Shown: one piece after another, positions 9,013 to 20,029 of the stretch
How positions within the stretch are numbered: the stretch's first letter is position 1
How the letters are laid out: each line of letters begins with the position of its first letter
Assembly: GCA_030141605.1 (NCBI GenBank)
Contig: JAQGDQ010000858.1
Span: 1 to 64,000, forward strand
Reading direction: 5' to 3'
Source: Tubiluchus corallicola
Lineage: Eukaryota; Animalia; Priapulida
DNA length: 64,000 nt
Translations under genes and position numbers: made by a program
Notes under the pieces: model-generated
Databases searched by the model: none
What the model was told of the DNA's origin: nothing
The model's input: the letters and a program-made list of their open reading frames with translations, nothing else

Positions 9013-10431
9013 ATACCTGTAATGCTCAGGCTTGTAAGGGCCATCCTTAGGTACGCCTATATAGTCTGCCTGCTCCTCTGTAAGTTCGGTTAACTTAACT
9101 CCCAGTTGGTCAAGGTGCAGGCGCGCTACATCCTCATCTAGCTTTTTTGGTAACATGAAAACACCAATACTATAATCGTTCTTCCAGAGATCAATCTGCG
9201 CAAGCACCTGGTTAACAAATGAATTACTCATCACAAATGAAGGATGTCCAGTCGCGCACCCTAAATTGACAAGCCTTCCTTCAGCTAAAACATAAATCGC
9301 ATGTCCGTCAGGAAATACATACTTGTCCACCTGTGGCTTTATATTAACCTTTTCAACCCCTTCCAGCAGCTCCAACTGCAACACCTGTATCTCATTATCG
9401 AAATGCCCGATATTGCACACTATTGCCTGATCTCTCATGGAAGCCATATGCTTAGCAGTAATAACATCTTTATTCCCTGTAGTAGTAACAAAGATATTTC
9501 CCTCCTCCAACGCCTCCTCAATAGTTGTCACCTTATAACCCTCCATAGCTGCCTGCAATGCACATATAGGATCTATCTCTGTAACAATAACCCGCGCGCC
9601 ATACCCGCTCATTGAACGTGCACACCCTTTGCCCACATCTCCATACCCACACACAACAACAACCTTACCTGCCACCATAACATCTGTAGCACGCTTAATA
9701 CCGTCAGCAAGGGACTCTCGGCAACCATATAAATTATCAAACTTTGACTTCGTTACAGAATCATTCACATTAATTGCAGGAAAAAGCAACTCACCATTCT
9801 CCTTCATGCGGTACAGGCGATGTACTCCCGTTGTAGTCTCTTCCGAAACACCACGGATATCTTTTACCATTCTTCCCCAGCATCCAAAATTATCTTTTAA
9901 CACCTTCTTCAGTATCTTTCTCAATTCTACTTCATCCTTATCTCCACCCAACATATCCAGTACTGCTTCATCCTTTTCAGCAGCTACCCCCATATGGATC
10001 ATCAATGTGGCATCACCACCATCATCTATAATGATCTGAGGCCCTTTACCTTCCCCAAAATCCATAGCTCTCAAGGTACACCACCAATACTCCTCAAGGC
10101 TCTCCCCTTTCCATGCAAAAACAGGGATACCACTTGCCGCAATAGCTGCCGCTGCATGATCCTGCGTAGAAAATATATTACATGACGCCCAACGCACATC
10201 CGCACCGAGTGAAGTGAGGGTCTCAATAAGTACAGCCGTCTGCACAGTCATATGTAAAGACCCCATAATACGAGCTCCGGCTAAAGGGGATTTCCCCTTG
10301 TACCTATCACGTATAGACATAAGGCCAGGCATTTCTTTTTCAGCAATCGCGATCTCCTTACGCCCAAGTTGCGCCAACGTAATATCTTTTACTTTATACT
10401 CAACATTTGTTATACTATTCGTTTCTTTCAT
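9010..10431 (-). CDS. ahcY: Adenosylhomocysteinase
   Basis: [73 protein letters not shown]. Confidence 0.98.
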   Translation of the reverse strand: MKETNSITNVEYKVKDITLAQLGRKEIAIAEKEMPGLMSIRDRYKGKSPLAGARIMGSLHMTVQTAVLIETLTSLGADVRWASCNIFSTQDHAAAAIAASGIPVFAWKGESLEEYWWCTLRAMDFGEGKGPQIIIDDGGDATLMIHMGVAAEKDEAVLDMLGGDKDEVELRKILKKVLKDNFGCWGRMVKDIRGVSEETTTGVHRLYRMKENGELLFPAINVNDSVTKSKFDNLYGCRESLADGIKRATDVMVAGKVVVVCGYGDVGKGCARSMSGYGARVIVTEIDPICALQAAMEGYKVTTIEEALEEGNIFVTTTGNKDVITAKHMASMRDQAIVCNIGHFDNEIQVLQLELLEGVEKVNIKPQVDKYVFPDGHAIYVLAEGRLVNLGCATGHPSFVMSNSFVNQVLAQIDLWKNDYSIGVFMLPKKLDEDVARLHLDQLGVKLTELTEEQADYIGVPKDGPYKPEHYRY

Positions 10432-10481
10432 GATTATCCGTAAACATATTCTAGGTTATGAAATTAGCAAAAATAACGAAA

Positions 10482-10624
10482 TGAAGCTTTTGCATAGCGA
10501 AAGAAGCTGGTTCAGGATGAAGAAAAATTTGATAAAAAACCATAAACTACTGATATAAACGAGGATTTTGAAGAGGATCTAAACAAAAATACTAGTAAAA
10601 AGATAGGCCTTACAAAAGCATTCA
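10482..10624 (+). repeat. Palindromic dispersed element, copy R6
   Basis: TGAAGCTTTTGCA...GGTTCAGGATGAAGAAAAATTTGATAAAAAACCATAAACTACTGATATAAACGAGGATTTTGAAGAGGATCT...TACAAAAGCATTCA. Confidence 0.9.
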
Positions 10625-10652
10625 CGCTTTAACCCCGGCAATATATAAAAAC

Positions 10653-12812
10653 TCAAGGCTTGTTCGATAAAACAATTGAAAGATTCGGGATATTTACAGG
10701 CGTATGTGGCGTTGACGGATTATACGAAGACAGCCCAATGACTGCATACCCATCTTTTGGTATAGGAATTGTTCCCAAGGGCTTGTTATACATCTTTTGA
10801 GGAACACCCATATCAATACCGATATACACCGTGGTGTCAAACCTATTGTATGACCTTACCACAAGCACATTTTTCCCTTCCTGTACTCGCAACAAGAGAG
10901 TATTAAAGTATGGGGTCGAATCTGTCCCATTATTTTTGAAAAGCAACTCCTCTCCATTCATCCACACCTGCGTCCCGTGTGCTCCTTCAATATTAACAAC
11001 CTGAGGCGCCCTTCTATCCGACTCAAACTCATACCTCAAATACCACGATGAAAGAATTCCGGAAGATAACTCACATGAAAGCTTTCCTGAACTAAAGCTG
11101 TCGACAGGCTTCCAGCAATCAAAACCATCCTTCTCAAAAGCCACTTTATGTGTCCGCTGAAAAGTTCCCCCGATGGGACCACACACCCACGCTTTCTCAT
11201 TTGAAAACTCTAACTTCGGTATCTTAACCCTGTTACCCTTTAGCCTGACCACCCTCTCCATATCATCAATCCGCAAAAACATATCCTCCCCTTTCTCCTG
11301 CTCTGTAAAGAACAGTTGCCCCTCCACCTCCTCCCCTCTCCGGGAAGAGACCACCCATTCAGCCCTTGTAACAACAGGGATTAAGGAGTAATATTCAAAA
11401 CCAGAATAACTGTAGTACTTTTTCGCATTACCCTTGTTAAGACTAACTCCACTCTCATTGACCTCCAGTATACTTTTAGGCAGAACCTCAGGATTATCAC
11501 TAAAATTAACCTTAACAACCTTTACATCTTTATAATAATCAATATTAGCAGGCAACAAAACACTCAACTCTCCCTTACCGCTGCTGTAAACAACATCTGT
11601 ACCAGATGCACCCAGAAGTGTAGCAGACAAAATACGGCCTTCCGGTACCGGGAGGCTTACTCTTCTGCTCTCCGGCACATTTAAAAGATGGAGATAGAAG
11701 CTATTGTCTTTTTGTGTTATCTCTCCCCACTCAAACGAATTATGAAACGGATTTGGGGAGGTACCATATATTGCCTCTCCGTTTCTCTTTAACCAGCTAC
11801 CCATTTTTTGGAGTACATCAGACTCAAAATCGACCAGTGAGCCATCCCCCCTTGGCCCGATATTAAGCAGGTAATTTCCTCCATGCGCCACCACTCTGAT
11901 TAAGCTCGCCAACTTCTCCATATACTTCTCATGCACGCTACCTCTGCTCTGCCAGGAGCGGTAGCTCCACGTCTCATTAAACATAGAGGCAGGAGTTTGC
12001 CACGGAATATCCATATGGAAATCAGGATAAAAATTGTCCCCCATAACATTAAAATCCCCTTGGTCATTTCCAATCCTCCCACTTACAAGACACTCAGGCT
12101 GCAGGCTGTGAACAAGCTCCCTCAACTCTCTGCTCTGCTCATACGTGAGCGCTCCCATATCAAACCACATCTCGCTTATCGACCCATAATTTGTCAGCAA
12201 CTCCTCTACCTGCCTTAAATTGTACTGGTGATGCCCGTACGTTATAGGATCGGCATTGTGGCTTGAAATAGGAACAGCACAGGGGAAGTGCCAGTCTATT
12301 AATGAATAATAAAGCCCCATCTTTAGCCCGCTACGCTGACAAGCATCGGCAAGCTCCCTTATTGGATCGCGTTGAAAAGGAGTAGCATCAACAATATTGT
12401 ACCCTGTATACTGTGAATGATACATACAAAAACCATCATGGTGTTTCGCTGTTATAACAACAGAGCCCATACCCGCCTCATTTGCAAGCATAACAACAGA
12501 ATCAGCACTCCATTGCACAGGATTGAATCCCGCAGCTATATCGTCATACTCATCACTATACATATGTGTGTGAGCCCTAATCTGCTCACTATAACCATGC
12601 TGCACCTTCTCCCCTTTCCACACTCCTCCCAACTTCGAATATAACCCCCAGTGAATAAACATTGAAAACTTTGCATCCCTCCACTCCTTAATAACTTCCT
12701 GAGAAACACCGGAACACCCATCCTCCGACATTGACAAACTGTTACTACAGCTACATAAAACTGAAAATATCACAAAAAGGGACAGCTCTCTACTCATAAC
12801 CTTAATAAACAA
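10653..12812 (-). CDS. Alpha-L-fucosidase (GH29), probable lipoprotein with C-terminal accessory domains
   Basis: WRDAKFSMFIHWGLYS, ITAKHHDGFCMY, YYSLIDWH, EMWFDMG, GGNYLLNIGPRGDG, WLKRNGEAIYGT. Alternative ATG at 12797. Confidence 0.93.
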   Translation of the reverse strand: MFIKVMSRELSLFVIFSVLCSCSNSLSMSEDGCSGVSQEVIKEWRDAKFSMFIHWGLYSKLGGVWKGEKVQHGYSEQIRAHTHMYSDEYDDIAAGFNPVQWSADSVVMLANEAGMGSVVITAKHHDGFCMYHSQYTGYNIVDATPFQRDPIRELADACQRSGLKMGLYYSLIDWHFPCAVPISSHNADPITYGHHQYNLRQVEELLTNYGSISEMWFDMGALTYEQSRELRELVHSLQPECLVSGRIGNDQGDFNVMGDNFYPDFHMDIPWQTPASMFNETWSYRSWQSRGSVHEKYMEKLASLIRVVAHGGNYLLNIGPRGDGSLVDFESDVLQKMGSWLKRNGEAIYGTSPNPFHNSFEWGEITQKDNSFYLHLLNVPESRRVSLPVPEGRILSATLLGASGTDVVYSSGKGELSVLLPANIDYYKDVKVVKVNFSDNPEVLPKSILEVNESGVSLNKGNAKKYYSYSGFEYYSLIPVVTRAEWVVSSRRGEEVEGQLFFTEQEKGEDMFLRIDDMERVVRLKGNRVKIPKLEFSNEKAWVCGPIGGTFQRTHKVAFEKDGFDCWKPVDSFSSGKLSCELSSGILSSWYLRYEFESDRRAPQVVNIEGAHGTQVWMNGEELLFKNNGTDSTPYFNTLLLRVQEGKNVLVVRSYNRFDTTVYIGIDMGVPQKMYNKPLGTIPIPKDGYAVIGLSSYNPSTPHTPVNIPNLSIVLSNKP

Positions 12813-12912
12813 CTTTGGTAAACTTTAAATATCTATTTAACAAAAACAGAACCTATTTCTCTTTGCAATAATATTAAAAAAACGGGGAACACTTGCATTA
12901 AAGCTACAAAAC

Positions 12913-13047
12913 GAGAACTTTACAACAGGACAAACTTGATTCATACTGAAAAATCTATGATAAGCCACTCCTTACCTGCACAAATGAAGGTTTTGAAAAA
13001 GATTTTGAAAAAAATATTAATTAAAAAGATAAGCTTGACAATGCCCC
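12913..13047 (+). repeat. Palindromic dispersed element, copy R7 (degenerate)
   Basis: GAGAACTTTACA...AAATGAAGGTTTTGAAAAAGATTTTGAAAAAAATATTAATTAAAAAGATAAGCTTGACAATGCCCC. Confidence 0.8.
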
Positions 13048-13121
13048 CAAAATATAAAAGCTGAAGAGCTCTAACCCTCCTTCCCATTAATATTCAACCC
13101 ATTATTATAAACACAACCCAG

Positions 13122-14477
13122 CTACTCCTTCAGCGCGGCCAGAATATCTCTTAAAAAAACATTATGGTCAAAATGAGACTCCGAAAACCCAAGCCTTACA
13201 ACAACCATACTCTTTGATGGTATAACAAAGATCCTCTGCCCCCTGTGCCCCTGACAGGCATACATATCCTCAGGCACATCAGGAAGGTCAAGCGACTTAT
13301 TCAGCCAAAACTGTGCCCCGTATTTTCCATCCGAGGCCTTTGCAGGAGAACGCGTATAGCCAACCCAGCCTACAGGAAGAATAGTGTCACCACTCCACAC
13401 CCCATCATTATAGTATAGCAACCCAAACCGCGCCCAATCTCTCGCTGTTGCATAGCTATACGATGACCCAACGAAATTTCCGGCAGCATCTGTCTCAAAA
13501 AACATGCTATACATACCTGCCTTACTGAAAATTTCCTTATATGGCATAGAGTAATATGTTATATCATCATCCAACACCTGCCTGATAACTCCCGATAGTA
13601 TATTTGTTGTCCCTGATGAATAAAACCACTCCTCGCCAGGCCTTTTACAGGCAGGTGCCCGAATGGCAGCTCCATACATATCTGCCTGCCTGTAAAGCAT
13701 TGTCGTTACATCCGAAACCGTGCTGTACCCTTCATCCCACCGCAATCCGCTACTCATGCGCAACAGATTGTCTACAGTAATACTCTCTCTCTCATCACCC
13801 TGCCACTCATTTACAGGAGTACCCTCTCCTACAGACAGTACTCCCTCCCTTACAAGCACACCCACCATTGCATTAACAATGCCTTTGCTCATTGACCAGC
13901 CCCACAACCTTGTATGCTCTCCTATCCCTTTCTCTTCCCAGTACCTCTCCCCGACAATCTCTCCTTTATACAGCACCACAACTGCTGCCGTACGCTTAAC
14001 ACTTTCCCCACTACTATCGAAAGCACGCTCAACAGCGCTACCCAGCCTCTCATAGTCGATACTACCAAAAACAGTATCCTTCACCCTATCGCCCTGCGGC
14101 CAAGGCTTCCTCCACAAAGCATTGCTATCACCTCTGGGAACATTGAATGATGCTTTTTGCACATCACCAATGGGCATATCTCCTATTAGAGCACAACCAA
14201 ACCCTTCCCGGTAAACAGCAGTCTGCTTGGCAAATCCGAAAAACGAAGAAGTAACACTTTTATCCTCATAATTGATGCGGTTGCGCGTATATTTTACTAT
14301 CGAATAATCCAGGTCCTGCCCTATCACAGACTTTGGAGTTCTCTCCGCAACAAACACTCCGGAAGCAAGACACTTAGCCGCATAGCCACTCGCTATATAC
14401 AGCCTGGGATGCAGTAGCAAACAGACCAAAGCCAAAACGGAGGCAACTATCAGAAGAATAAAGACTTTGCGTTTCAT
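13122..14477 (-). CDS. Serine hydrolase, beta-lactamase/AmpC-like family
   Basis: SxxK in WSMSKG, LLRMSSGL, YSSGTTNIL, ATARDWARFGLLY, GHRGQRIFVIPS; N-terminal TM anchor. Confidence 0.9.
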   Translation of the reverse strand: MKRKVFILLIVASVLALVCLLLHPRLYIASGYAAKCLASGVFVAERTPKSVIGQDLDYSIVKYTRNRINYEDKSVTSSFFGFAKQTAVYREGFGCALIGDMPIGDVQKASFNVPRGDSNALWRKPWPQGDRVKDTVFGSIDYERLGSAVERAFDSSGESVKRTAAVVVLYKGEIVGERYWEEKGIGEHTRLWGWSMSKGIVNAMVGVLVREGVLSVGEGTPVNEWQGDERESITVDNLLRMSSGLRWDEGYSTVSDVTTMLYRQADMYGAAIRAPACKRPGEEWFYSSGTTNILSGVIRQVLDDDITYYSMPYKEIFSKAGMYSMFFETDAAGNFVGSSYSYATARDWARFGLLYYNDGVWSGDTILPVGWVGYTRSPAKASDGKYGAQFWLNKSLDLPDVPEDMYACQGHRGQRIFVIPSKSMVVVRLGFSESHFDHNVFLRDILAALKE

Positions 14478-14591
14478 AAATAGCAAGCATTTGAAAACCC
14501 TTAAACCATAAACCTTACCTTCACCAGCTCAGCTCTTACCTCACAAAATTAAAATCTTCACATTAACAACTGCCCATACAAAGAGATTTTT

Positions 14592-14599
14592 TATATTTG
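14592..14599 (+). promoter_or_regulatory. -7 promoter element for tRNA-Arg
   Basis: TATATTTG (TAnnTTTG), 16 nt before the tRNA. Confidence 0.7.
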
Positions 14600-14615
14600 C
14601 ACCGTTCAGTAGATT

Positions 14616-14689
14616 GGTCTAGTAGCTCAACTGGATAGAGCAACAGCCTTCTAAGCTGTAGGTTCCAGGTTCGAGTCCTGGCTGGATCA
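14616..14689 (+). tRNA. tRNA-Arg(TCT)
   Basis: Cloverleaf: GGTCTAG/CTGGATC acceptor, GCTC/GAGC D stem, ACAGC-CTTCTAA-GCTGT anticodon arm, CCAGG-TTCGAGT-CCTGG T arm; CCA not encoded. Confidence 0.97.
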
Positions 14690-14696
14690 CAAAAGC

Positions 14697-14738
14697 CAGC
14701 AAACAATATCTGTAAGTTATTGTTTGCTGATCTTTTTT
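14697..14738 (+). terminator. Rho-independent terminator after tRNA-Arg
   Basis: Perfect 12 bp stem CAGCAAACAATA/TATTGTTTGCTG followed by ATCTTTTTT. Confidence 0.7.
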
Positions 14739-14789
14739 GCTACCAGACTAAAGCAGTGGCTTTTGTATACTCCCTATGTTACAAGAGCT

Positions 14790-15548
14790 CTAGTACGCAT
14801 TAATAATCCCAAGAAACCCTTCCGCATCCAGCGCAGCGCCTCCAATTAGTCCTCCGTCAATATCGGGCCGGGCAAATAGTTCCGGTGCGTTATCTGCTTT
14901 ACAAGAGCCACCATAAAGAATCGATGTCTCATTGGCAATACTCTGCCCAAACCTGCCGGAAATAAGCGAGCGAATAAATGCAAGCATATCCTGAGCTTGA
15001 TCCGATGAAGCAGTTACACCTGTTCCAATCGCCCAAATCGGTTCATAAGCGATCACCACCTTTCTAAACTCATCTGCTGTCAGTTGGAAAATAGTTTCAT
15101 CCAGCTGCTGCTTTACAAACTCATTCTGTATTCCCGCCTCCCGAATATTCAGTGCTTCACCACAACAGTAAATAGGGGTAAGCCCACTTTCCAGTGCCAA
15201 AGCAACCTTCTTATTTAATATTTTACTATCCTCATGATAATATTCACGTCGCTCCGAGTGCCCGAGAATAACATAACATGCCCCTGTCGACCTAATCATA
15301 TCGACTGAAACTTCGCCGGTAAATGCTCCTTTAGACTCAGCAGCACAGTTTTGAGCAGAAACACTAATACGGTTCCCATCCACAGCCTCAACCACCTTTG
15401 TCAGGTGAGTGAATGGTGTTCCAAGCACCACCACCACATCTTTTGCCCCTTTCATGGCAACCAGCTTATCAATGTCTTTCGCCAATATCAGGCCTTCATT
15501 AACGTTAGTATTACACTTCCAGTTACCTGCTACAATTTTCTTTCTCAT
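14790..15548 (-). CDS. tpiA: Triosephosphate isomerase
   Basis: IVAGNWK, GAFTGEVS, ILGHSERR, IAYEPIWAIGTG, LYGGS, DGGLIGGA. Confidence 0.98.
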   Translation of the reverse strand: MRKKIVAGNWKCNTNVNEGLILAKDIDKLVAMKGAKDVVVVLGTPFTHLTKVVEAVDGNRISVSAQNCAAESKGAFTGEVSVDMIRSTGACYVILGHSERREYYHEDSKILNKKVALALESGLTPIYCCGEALNIREAGIQNEFVKQQLDETIFQLTADEFRKVVIAYEPIWAIGTGVTASSDQAQDMLAFIRSLISGRFGQSIANETSILYGGSCKADNAPELFARPDIDGGLIGGAALDAEGFLGIINAY

Positions 15549-15582
15549 TACTTATCTATTTTTAAATAATTATCTACTGTCT

Positions 15583-15627
15583 CGAGGTCTTTACAAAGCA
15601 AAATAATTAATACTTGCAAAGATCTCG
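15583..15627. repeat. Ends-only 45 bp derivative of the palindromic element (R8)
   Basis: CGAGGTCTTTACAAAGC-AAAATAATTAATA-CTTGCAAAGATCTCG: both termini kept, core lost. Confidence 0.72.
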
Positions 15628-15691
15628 CACCTATATCAACAATAATACAAAACTTACATCTGGCCACTAATCAAAAAGATTAAGGACTCAC

Positions 15692-16873
15692 CTATTTCCT
15701 GTTTAGCCCTCCACTCTTCTCCGATAGAATATAGCTCATCATACTACCCTCATCAGGAATATCATTATAATGCCACTTACCCAATATTGTACCCCTGCGT
15801 ATAAGCAAAAGACCTGGATTGGAGCGCACAATTGTTTTCAGGACAGTTTCATCACAATTAAAGAATGGATATTGGGCACCTGTAAGTGATATAAAACTAT
15901 CCACTTCCTCCTTAGGTGAAGCAGTGAGACATATAAAATCATACCCTTGCTCAACTGCCCAGCTATACAGATCATTGATATTATCCTGGCTTTTCCTGCT
16001 CGACTTCCCGATACTGTACGCTATAACCATAAATATGTAACTATCTTTCTCCAAAAAGTACTCGGTCACATCTACTCCATCAGGTGCCCTTATAAGAAAA
16101 TCAACTATCGGAGGCTCATACCCTTTCGATATTAAAATTGGCTTCCCCATTCTGTCAAACTCCCAGTTAACTGTGTCCTGCCACGGAAAATCAGCATCAT
16201 CAAATTTTTTCACCTCTCCACTTCTCTTATCTCGATAATAATAAATACTCTTGTATATATTCTCAGGCGCATCCTCTGGTATAACCATCCCTTCTGCGAT
16301 ATTCACTCCAACTTTATATGGTCTGAAATCAATTATTGGGAGATGGTTAAAAGACCACAAAACAAGCACTATATACACTATAAGGAATAAAAACAATGCA
16401 CTCTTCGTAACCATACGGTGCATTATAGTCAGCAAATAACTATTTTTTCGCTCTACAAAAATAATGACAGCACAAAACAAAAGAACAACATTTTTATAAA
16501 ATGTTTCCCAATTTGAAATCACCAGTGCATCCCCAAAACACCCGCAATTCGAAACAGGATTTTGAAGCGCTATATAAAGGGTTAGTGGAGTAAAAACAAT
16601 CATAAAAAGCAGTGCAGGCCAGGGTGTGTATTTAGAATATACTCCCAAAATAAGCGCTACACCTACAGCAAATTCAGTAAATGAAAGAAAAAATGACAAT
16701 GGCAAAGCAATAGCAGCAAACGAATCTAAGCCAAAAGCTATGAAATAATCAGATAACTTATATGCAAAGCCATGAGGATCGATTCCTTTTATAAAACCGG
16801 ATAGTGCAAACACCACCCCTATAACTAACCGGCACGCTTTTCTAAATAGCTTCATTCTGGCAACTGCTAACAT
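15692..16873 (-). CDS. DoxX/MauE-like membrane protein (BT_3928-type)
   Basis: RLVIGVVFALSGFIKGIDPHGFAYKLSDYF, PVSNCGCFGDA, DFRPYKVG, DETVLKTIVRSNPG; adjacent to tpiA as usual in Bacteroidota. Confidence 0.85.
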   Translation of the reverse strand: MLAVARMKLFRKACRLVIGVVFALSGFIKGIDPHGFAYKLSDYFIAFGLDSFAAIALPLSFFLSFTEFAVGVALILGVYSKYTPWPALLFMIVFTPLTLYIALQNPVSNCGCFGDALVISNWETFYKNVVLLFCAVIIFVERKNSYLLTIMHRMVTKSALFLFLIVYIVLVLWSFNHLPIIDFRPYKVGVNIAEGMVIPEDAPENIYKSIYYYRDKRSGEVKKFDDADFPWQDTVNWEFDRMGKPILISKGYEPPIVDFLIRAPDGVDVTEYFLEKDSYIFMVIAYSIGKSSRKSQDNINDLYSWAVEQGYDFICLTASPKEEVDSFISLTGAQYPFFNCDETVLKTIVRSNPGLLLIRRGTILGKWHYNDIPDEGSMMSYILSEKSGGLNRK

Positions 16874-16917
16874 ATCGCTTTAAACCTCTATACCTTACTT
16901 ACTAGACATGAAAATTT

Positions 16918-17460
16918 TCACTCATCCCACAACTCAAGCTTTATCAACGCAAAAATCGCATAATTAATCATGTCCAAATAATTTGCGTCAACTCCTTCAG
17001 AAATGAGTGTTTGTCCGTCATTATCCTCTATCTGCTTGGTACGCTTTATTTTCATCAATATAAGATCTGTGTATGAACTGATTCGCATTTGTCTCCACGC
17101 CTCATCGTAATCGTGATTCTTGTCCAACATCAACTTCTTAGCCTCATTGAGATTGTTGAGGAACAGCTTCTCTGCCTCCTTAGGTTGAAGATCCTCATCC
17201 GAGGGACCAGTTCTCAACTGTATTAGCGCCATTGAACAATAATTAACAATACCGATATATTCGGCCTTAACATCATCACTGACTTTTGATGCTCCCTTTT
17301 CTTCAATACTTCTTACCCTTTGTGCCTTTATATATATCTGATCAGTCATTGACTTAGGGCGAAGTACTCTCCATGCAGTCCCATAATCCTTCATCTTTTG
17401 AATAAATACCTCCCTGCACACATTTACTATATGCTCAAACTGCTGAACTGTTTTTTCCAT
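16918..17460 (-). CDS. DUF1599-family protein
   Basis: Two repeats KMKDYGTAWR / KNHDYDEAWR; NYLDMINYAIFALI. Confidence 0.88.
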   Translation of the reverse strand: MEKTVQQFEHIVNVCREVFIQKMKDYGTAWRVLRPKSMTDQIYIKAQRVRSIEEKGASKVSDDVKAEYIGIVNYCSMALIQLRTGPSDEDLQPKEAEKLFLNNLNEAKKLMLDKNHDYDEAWRQMRISSYTDLILMKIKRTKQIEDNDGQTLISEGVDANYLDMINYAIFALIKLELWDE

Positions 17461-17530
17461 TCTTCAGATTTTGAGCATAAAAATATAAAAAGCTTTTTAA
17501 AATTGACAGCTGGCTTCAACTATAAATAAC

Positions 17531-17667
17531 GGGACTTTTACAAAGCGAAAGATTTCGAGTTCAGGCTGAAAAGGCTCGATAAAAACCGCGGTTTAATAAT
17601 ATAAATGGGGGTTTTGAGAAGTGTTTTGACAAAAATATTAAAAAGAACATACTTTTGCTAAGGGCTC
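17531..17667 (+). repeat. Palindromic dispersed element, copy R9 (a left-end fragment follows at about 17691-17735)
   Basis: GGGACTTTTACAAAGCGAAAGATTTCGAGTTCAGGCTGAAAAGGCTCGATAAAAACCGCGGTTTAATAATATAAATGGGGGTTTTGAGAAGTGTTTTGAC...TTTTGCTAAGGGCTC. Confidence 0.9.
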
Positions 17668-17840
17668 AAATATTGCAAAAGCATTATACCGAAGTCTTTA
17701 CAAAACAACCTAATTGGGTCCAGGCTAAAATAACCCTCCATTAAGTATAAGTGTAACTGGCAGAGGTAAAGTCCACACAAAGTGTCTTATCCAGTCCCAT
17801 CTTAAACTATACAAATAAATATAATAAAGGGCGCAAACTA

Positions 17841-19955
17841 CTAATAGAATTTTATTCTTTTATCTACAATATTAGCATTCTCCTTTAGTACTTCGAAAGC
17901 CTGATAATTGACACGGTGTCCCAAAGATGACTCAAGCCTCTCACGGCTCTGTTCGATATCCTGCTCTTCTTCACCCGGCTTTTTAGAAACCACTTCCACA
18001 ACATACACGCTATTGTTTCCCTTTACCGGTGCAGAAACCTCTTCTACACCAATGGCAGCAACGGTGCCTATTATGGCAGGCTCCATTCCGACACCGGGAA
18101 TAGAAAAAGACTCAAAAGTTACACCTTCTGCATCCTTCACTTCTTCCTCAAGTTTGGCAGCTATAGCATCCAGATTCGTTTCATCTCCAATCTCATTTAT
18201 AATATACTCTGCTTTCTTGTCTTTTTTCACAGCAGTCTCAACACGACTCTTAACTGAACTAAAAGACAATGTGCCTGCCTCTGTAGCGGAGTTAAGCATG
18301 CCTACAACAAACGAGTCGCCCAACTCAAAAACAGGCGAACCTTCATTATTGACGATAAGGTTACCCACTTTGCCATTATTAAATGCAGAGCGAATTAACT
18401 CACGTGAATCATCAACGCCTCTTATACCCCTATCAGTCTCCTTTACAGTTCTAACTTTTTTATCTACTCCAAACTCTGTAGCCGAGGCCCTAAATAGCTC
18501 CGGACTCCTGCTGTTTGCAGCAAACCTGGAAGCATCTGAAAAAGCAAATTGATAAGTAGCGCTACTCGGCTCCACTTTTCTCTCTATTGTAGCTAACTGA
18601 ACATTAGGCGCACTTTTACCTCTTTTGGTCACTTGTAAAATATGTATCCCAAACTGCGTTTTTACCAGCTGTATCTCTTTCACCTTTCCTGTAAAAGCAG
18701 CCATATCAAACTCTTTAACCATTGCCCCACGATGAATCCACCCCAGATCGCCACCATTCCCCGCAGAACCGGGATCCTTTGAGTTCTCCTTTGCCAGATC
18801 ACCAAAATTAGCTCCGCTTTCCAGCATCGTCTTTAAACTATCAGCTAGGGACTGTGCCTCAGACATATTCATCTCCGCATCCAGCTGCAAAAGAATGTGC
18901 TGCGCCTGAACAGAATCAGGCATGCTAGCAAAACTCTTTATCTTGGTCAACTTCCACGTCTCATCCTCTTTATAAGGACCATAAATATCCCCAACACTCC
19001 CGTCAAACGCAAACTCACCCACTTCCTCAGAAGGCAAACTCTCCTTTTTATAAAATGTATTATCAAAAGGGGTATCAGAATTCATATTTACAAAAGAGAC
19101 ATCATCTTCTATCTCCGCAAACTCACTTTTAATCCTCTCTATCCACTCTTTTGCTTGAATATCATCATCCTCCAATGCTTCTACAGGAAAAACAACATAC
19201 TCAATATCACGTGTTCGTTCTTGCTCATATTCGCTTTTATGCGCCTGATAATAACCTTTCATCTCTTTGTCTGACACCTCTATAATACTGTCGGGAACAG
19301 ACGCATATGACTTGCCTACATACTTGATATCCATTATATTATCACGATTGCTTGCATCGGCTTCCGCATCAATAGCAGTAACATACAACCCTTTCTTCAA
19401 AAGAGTATTGTACTTCGTGAGCTTATGCTCCGCCAGAACCTCGTTCTCAACAAAAAGCCAGTAAGAACGCTGGGGAACATCTCCAGCCTCGTTTATATGC
19501 TTTAAAAACTGCATAATCTGAGACTGATCTACCTGCCCTGTATTAGGGTCGCGAAACATGCCTTCTATCATGGGGTGGATATTATCACCCTGCACCATAT
19601 CAAACAGCTCTTCAGGACTCACACCCAGCCCCAATCTGTCATAAACATCTTCCATAACATACAGGCGTATTATATCTTGCCAGGCTTGATCTCTTACCTG
19701 TACCATACTTTCCCGTGTCAGGGAGGAGCTTCTGGTATTAACTTTATAAATTTCAGATACCTCATCCACCTTGCCCTGAAACTCCATATAGTTGATACTA
19801 TTTCCGGCAATTTTAGCAACCTCCATCTGTTTACCCTGAAAGATAGAACCTCCTGACTGTAGCATATCTCCCAATATAAAAGCTACCAGTGCCGTTCCAA
19901 TTACTATGGCGATCAATAATCCCGCCTTGTCTCTGATTTTCTGTAATGTTGCCAT
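17841..19955 (-). CDS. PpiD/SurA-type peptidyl-prolyl isomerase
   Basis: MATLQKIR N-terminus with TM; parvulin domain VQAQHILL...SKDPGSAGNGGDLGW...VKTQFGIHILQV. Confidence 0.92.
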   Translation of the reverse strand: MATLQKIRDKAGLLIAIVIGTALVAFILGDMLQSGGSIFQGKQMEVAKIAGNSINYMEFQGKVDEVSEIYKVNTRSSSLTRESMVQVRDQAWQDIIRLYVMEDVYDRLGLGVSPEELFDMVQGDNIHPMIEGMFRDPNTGQVDQSQIMQFLKHINEAGDVPQRSYWLFVENEVLAEHKLTKYNTLLKKGLYVTAIDAEADASNRDNIMDIKYVGKSYASVPDSIIEVSDKEMKGYYQAHKSEYEQERTRDIEYVVFPVEALEDDDIQAKEWIERIKSEFAEIEDDVSFVNMNSDTPFDNTFYKKESLPSEEVGEFAFDGSVGDIYGPYKEDETWKLTKIKSFASMPDSVQAQHILLQLDAEMNMSEAQSLADSLKTMLESGANFGDLAKENSKDPGSAGNGGDLGWIHRGAMVKEFDMAAFTGKVKEIQLVKTQFGIHILQVTKRGKSAPNVQLATIERKVEPSSATYQFAFSDASRFAANSRSPELFRASATEFGVDKKVRTVKETDRGIRGVDDSRELIRSAFNNGKVGNLIVNNEGSPVFELGDSFVVGMLNSATEAGTLSFSSVKSRVETAVKKDKKAEYIINEIGDETNLDAIAAKLEEEVKDAEGVTFESFSIPGVGMEPAIIGTVAAIGVEEVSAPVKGNNSVYVVEVVSKKPGEEEQDIEQSRERLESSLGHRVNYQAFEVLKENANIVDKRIKFY

Positions 19956-20029
19956 TAATATGTAATCGTTTTTCTAATTTTTTTAATATACTGCAACCTG
20001 AGTAAAGTATAACCCAGATTTTTATGACA

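Noticed and set aside
10432-10652. SAH/SAM riboswitch upstream of ahcY
   Set aside because: The space is taken up by repeat R6, which recurs at functionally unrelated genes in a gene-independent orientation.
13122-14477. Antibiotic-resistance beta-lactamase
   Set aside because: Has the generic SxxK serine hydrolase fold typical of membrane-anchored esterase/amidase homologues; nothing supports true beta-lactamase activity.
14616-14790. Integrative element at tRNA-Arg
   Set aside because: No integrase and no duplicated tRNA 3' end seen in the window; tpiA follows directly.
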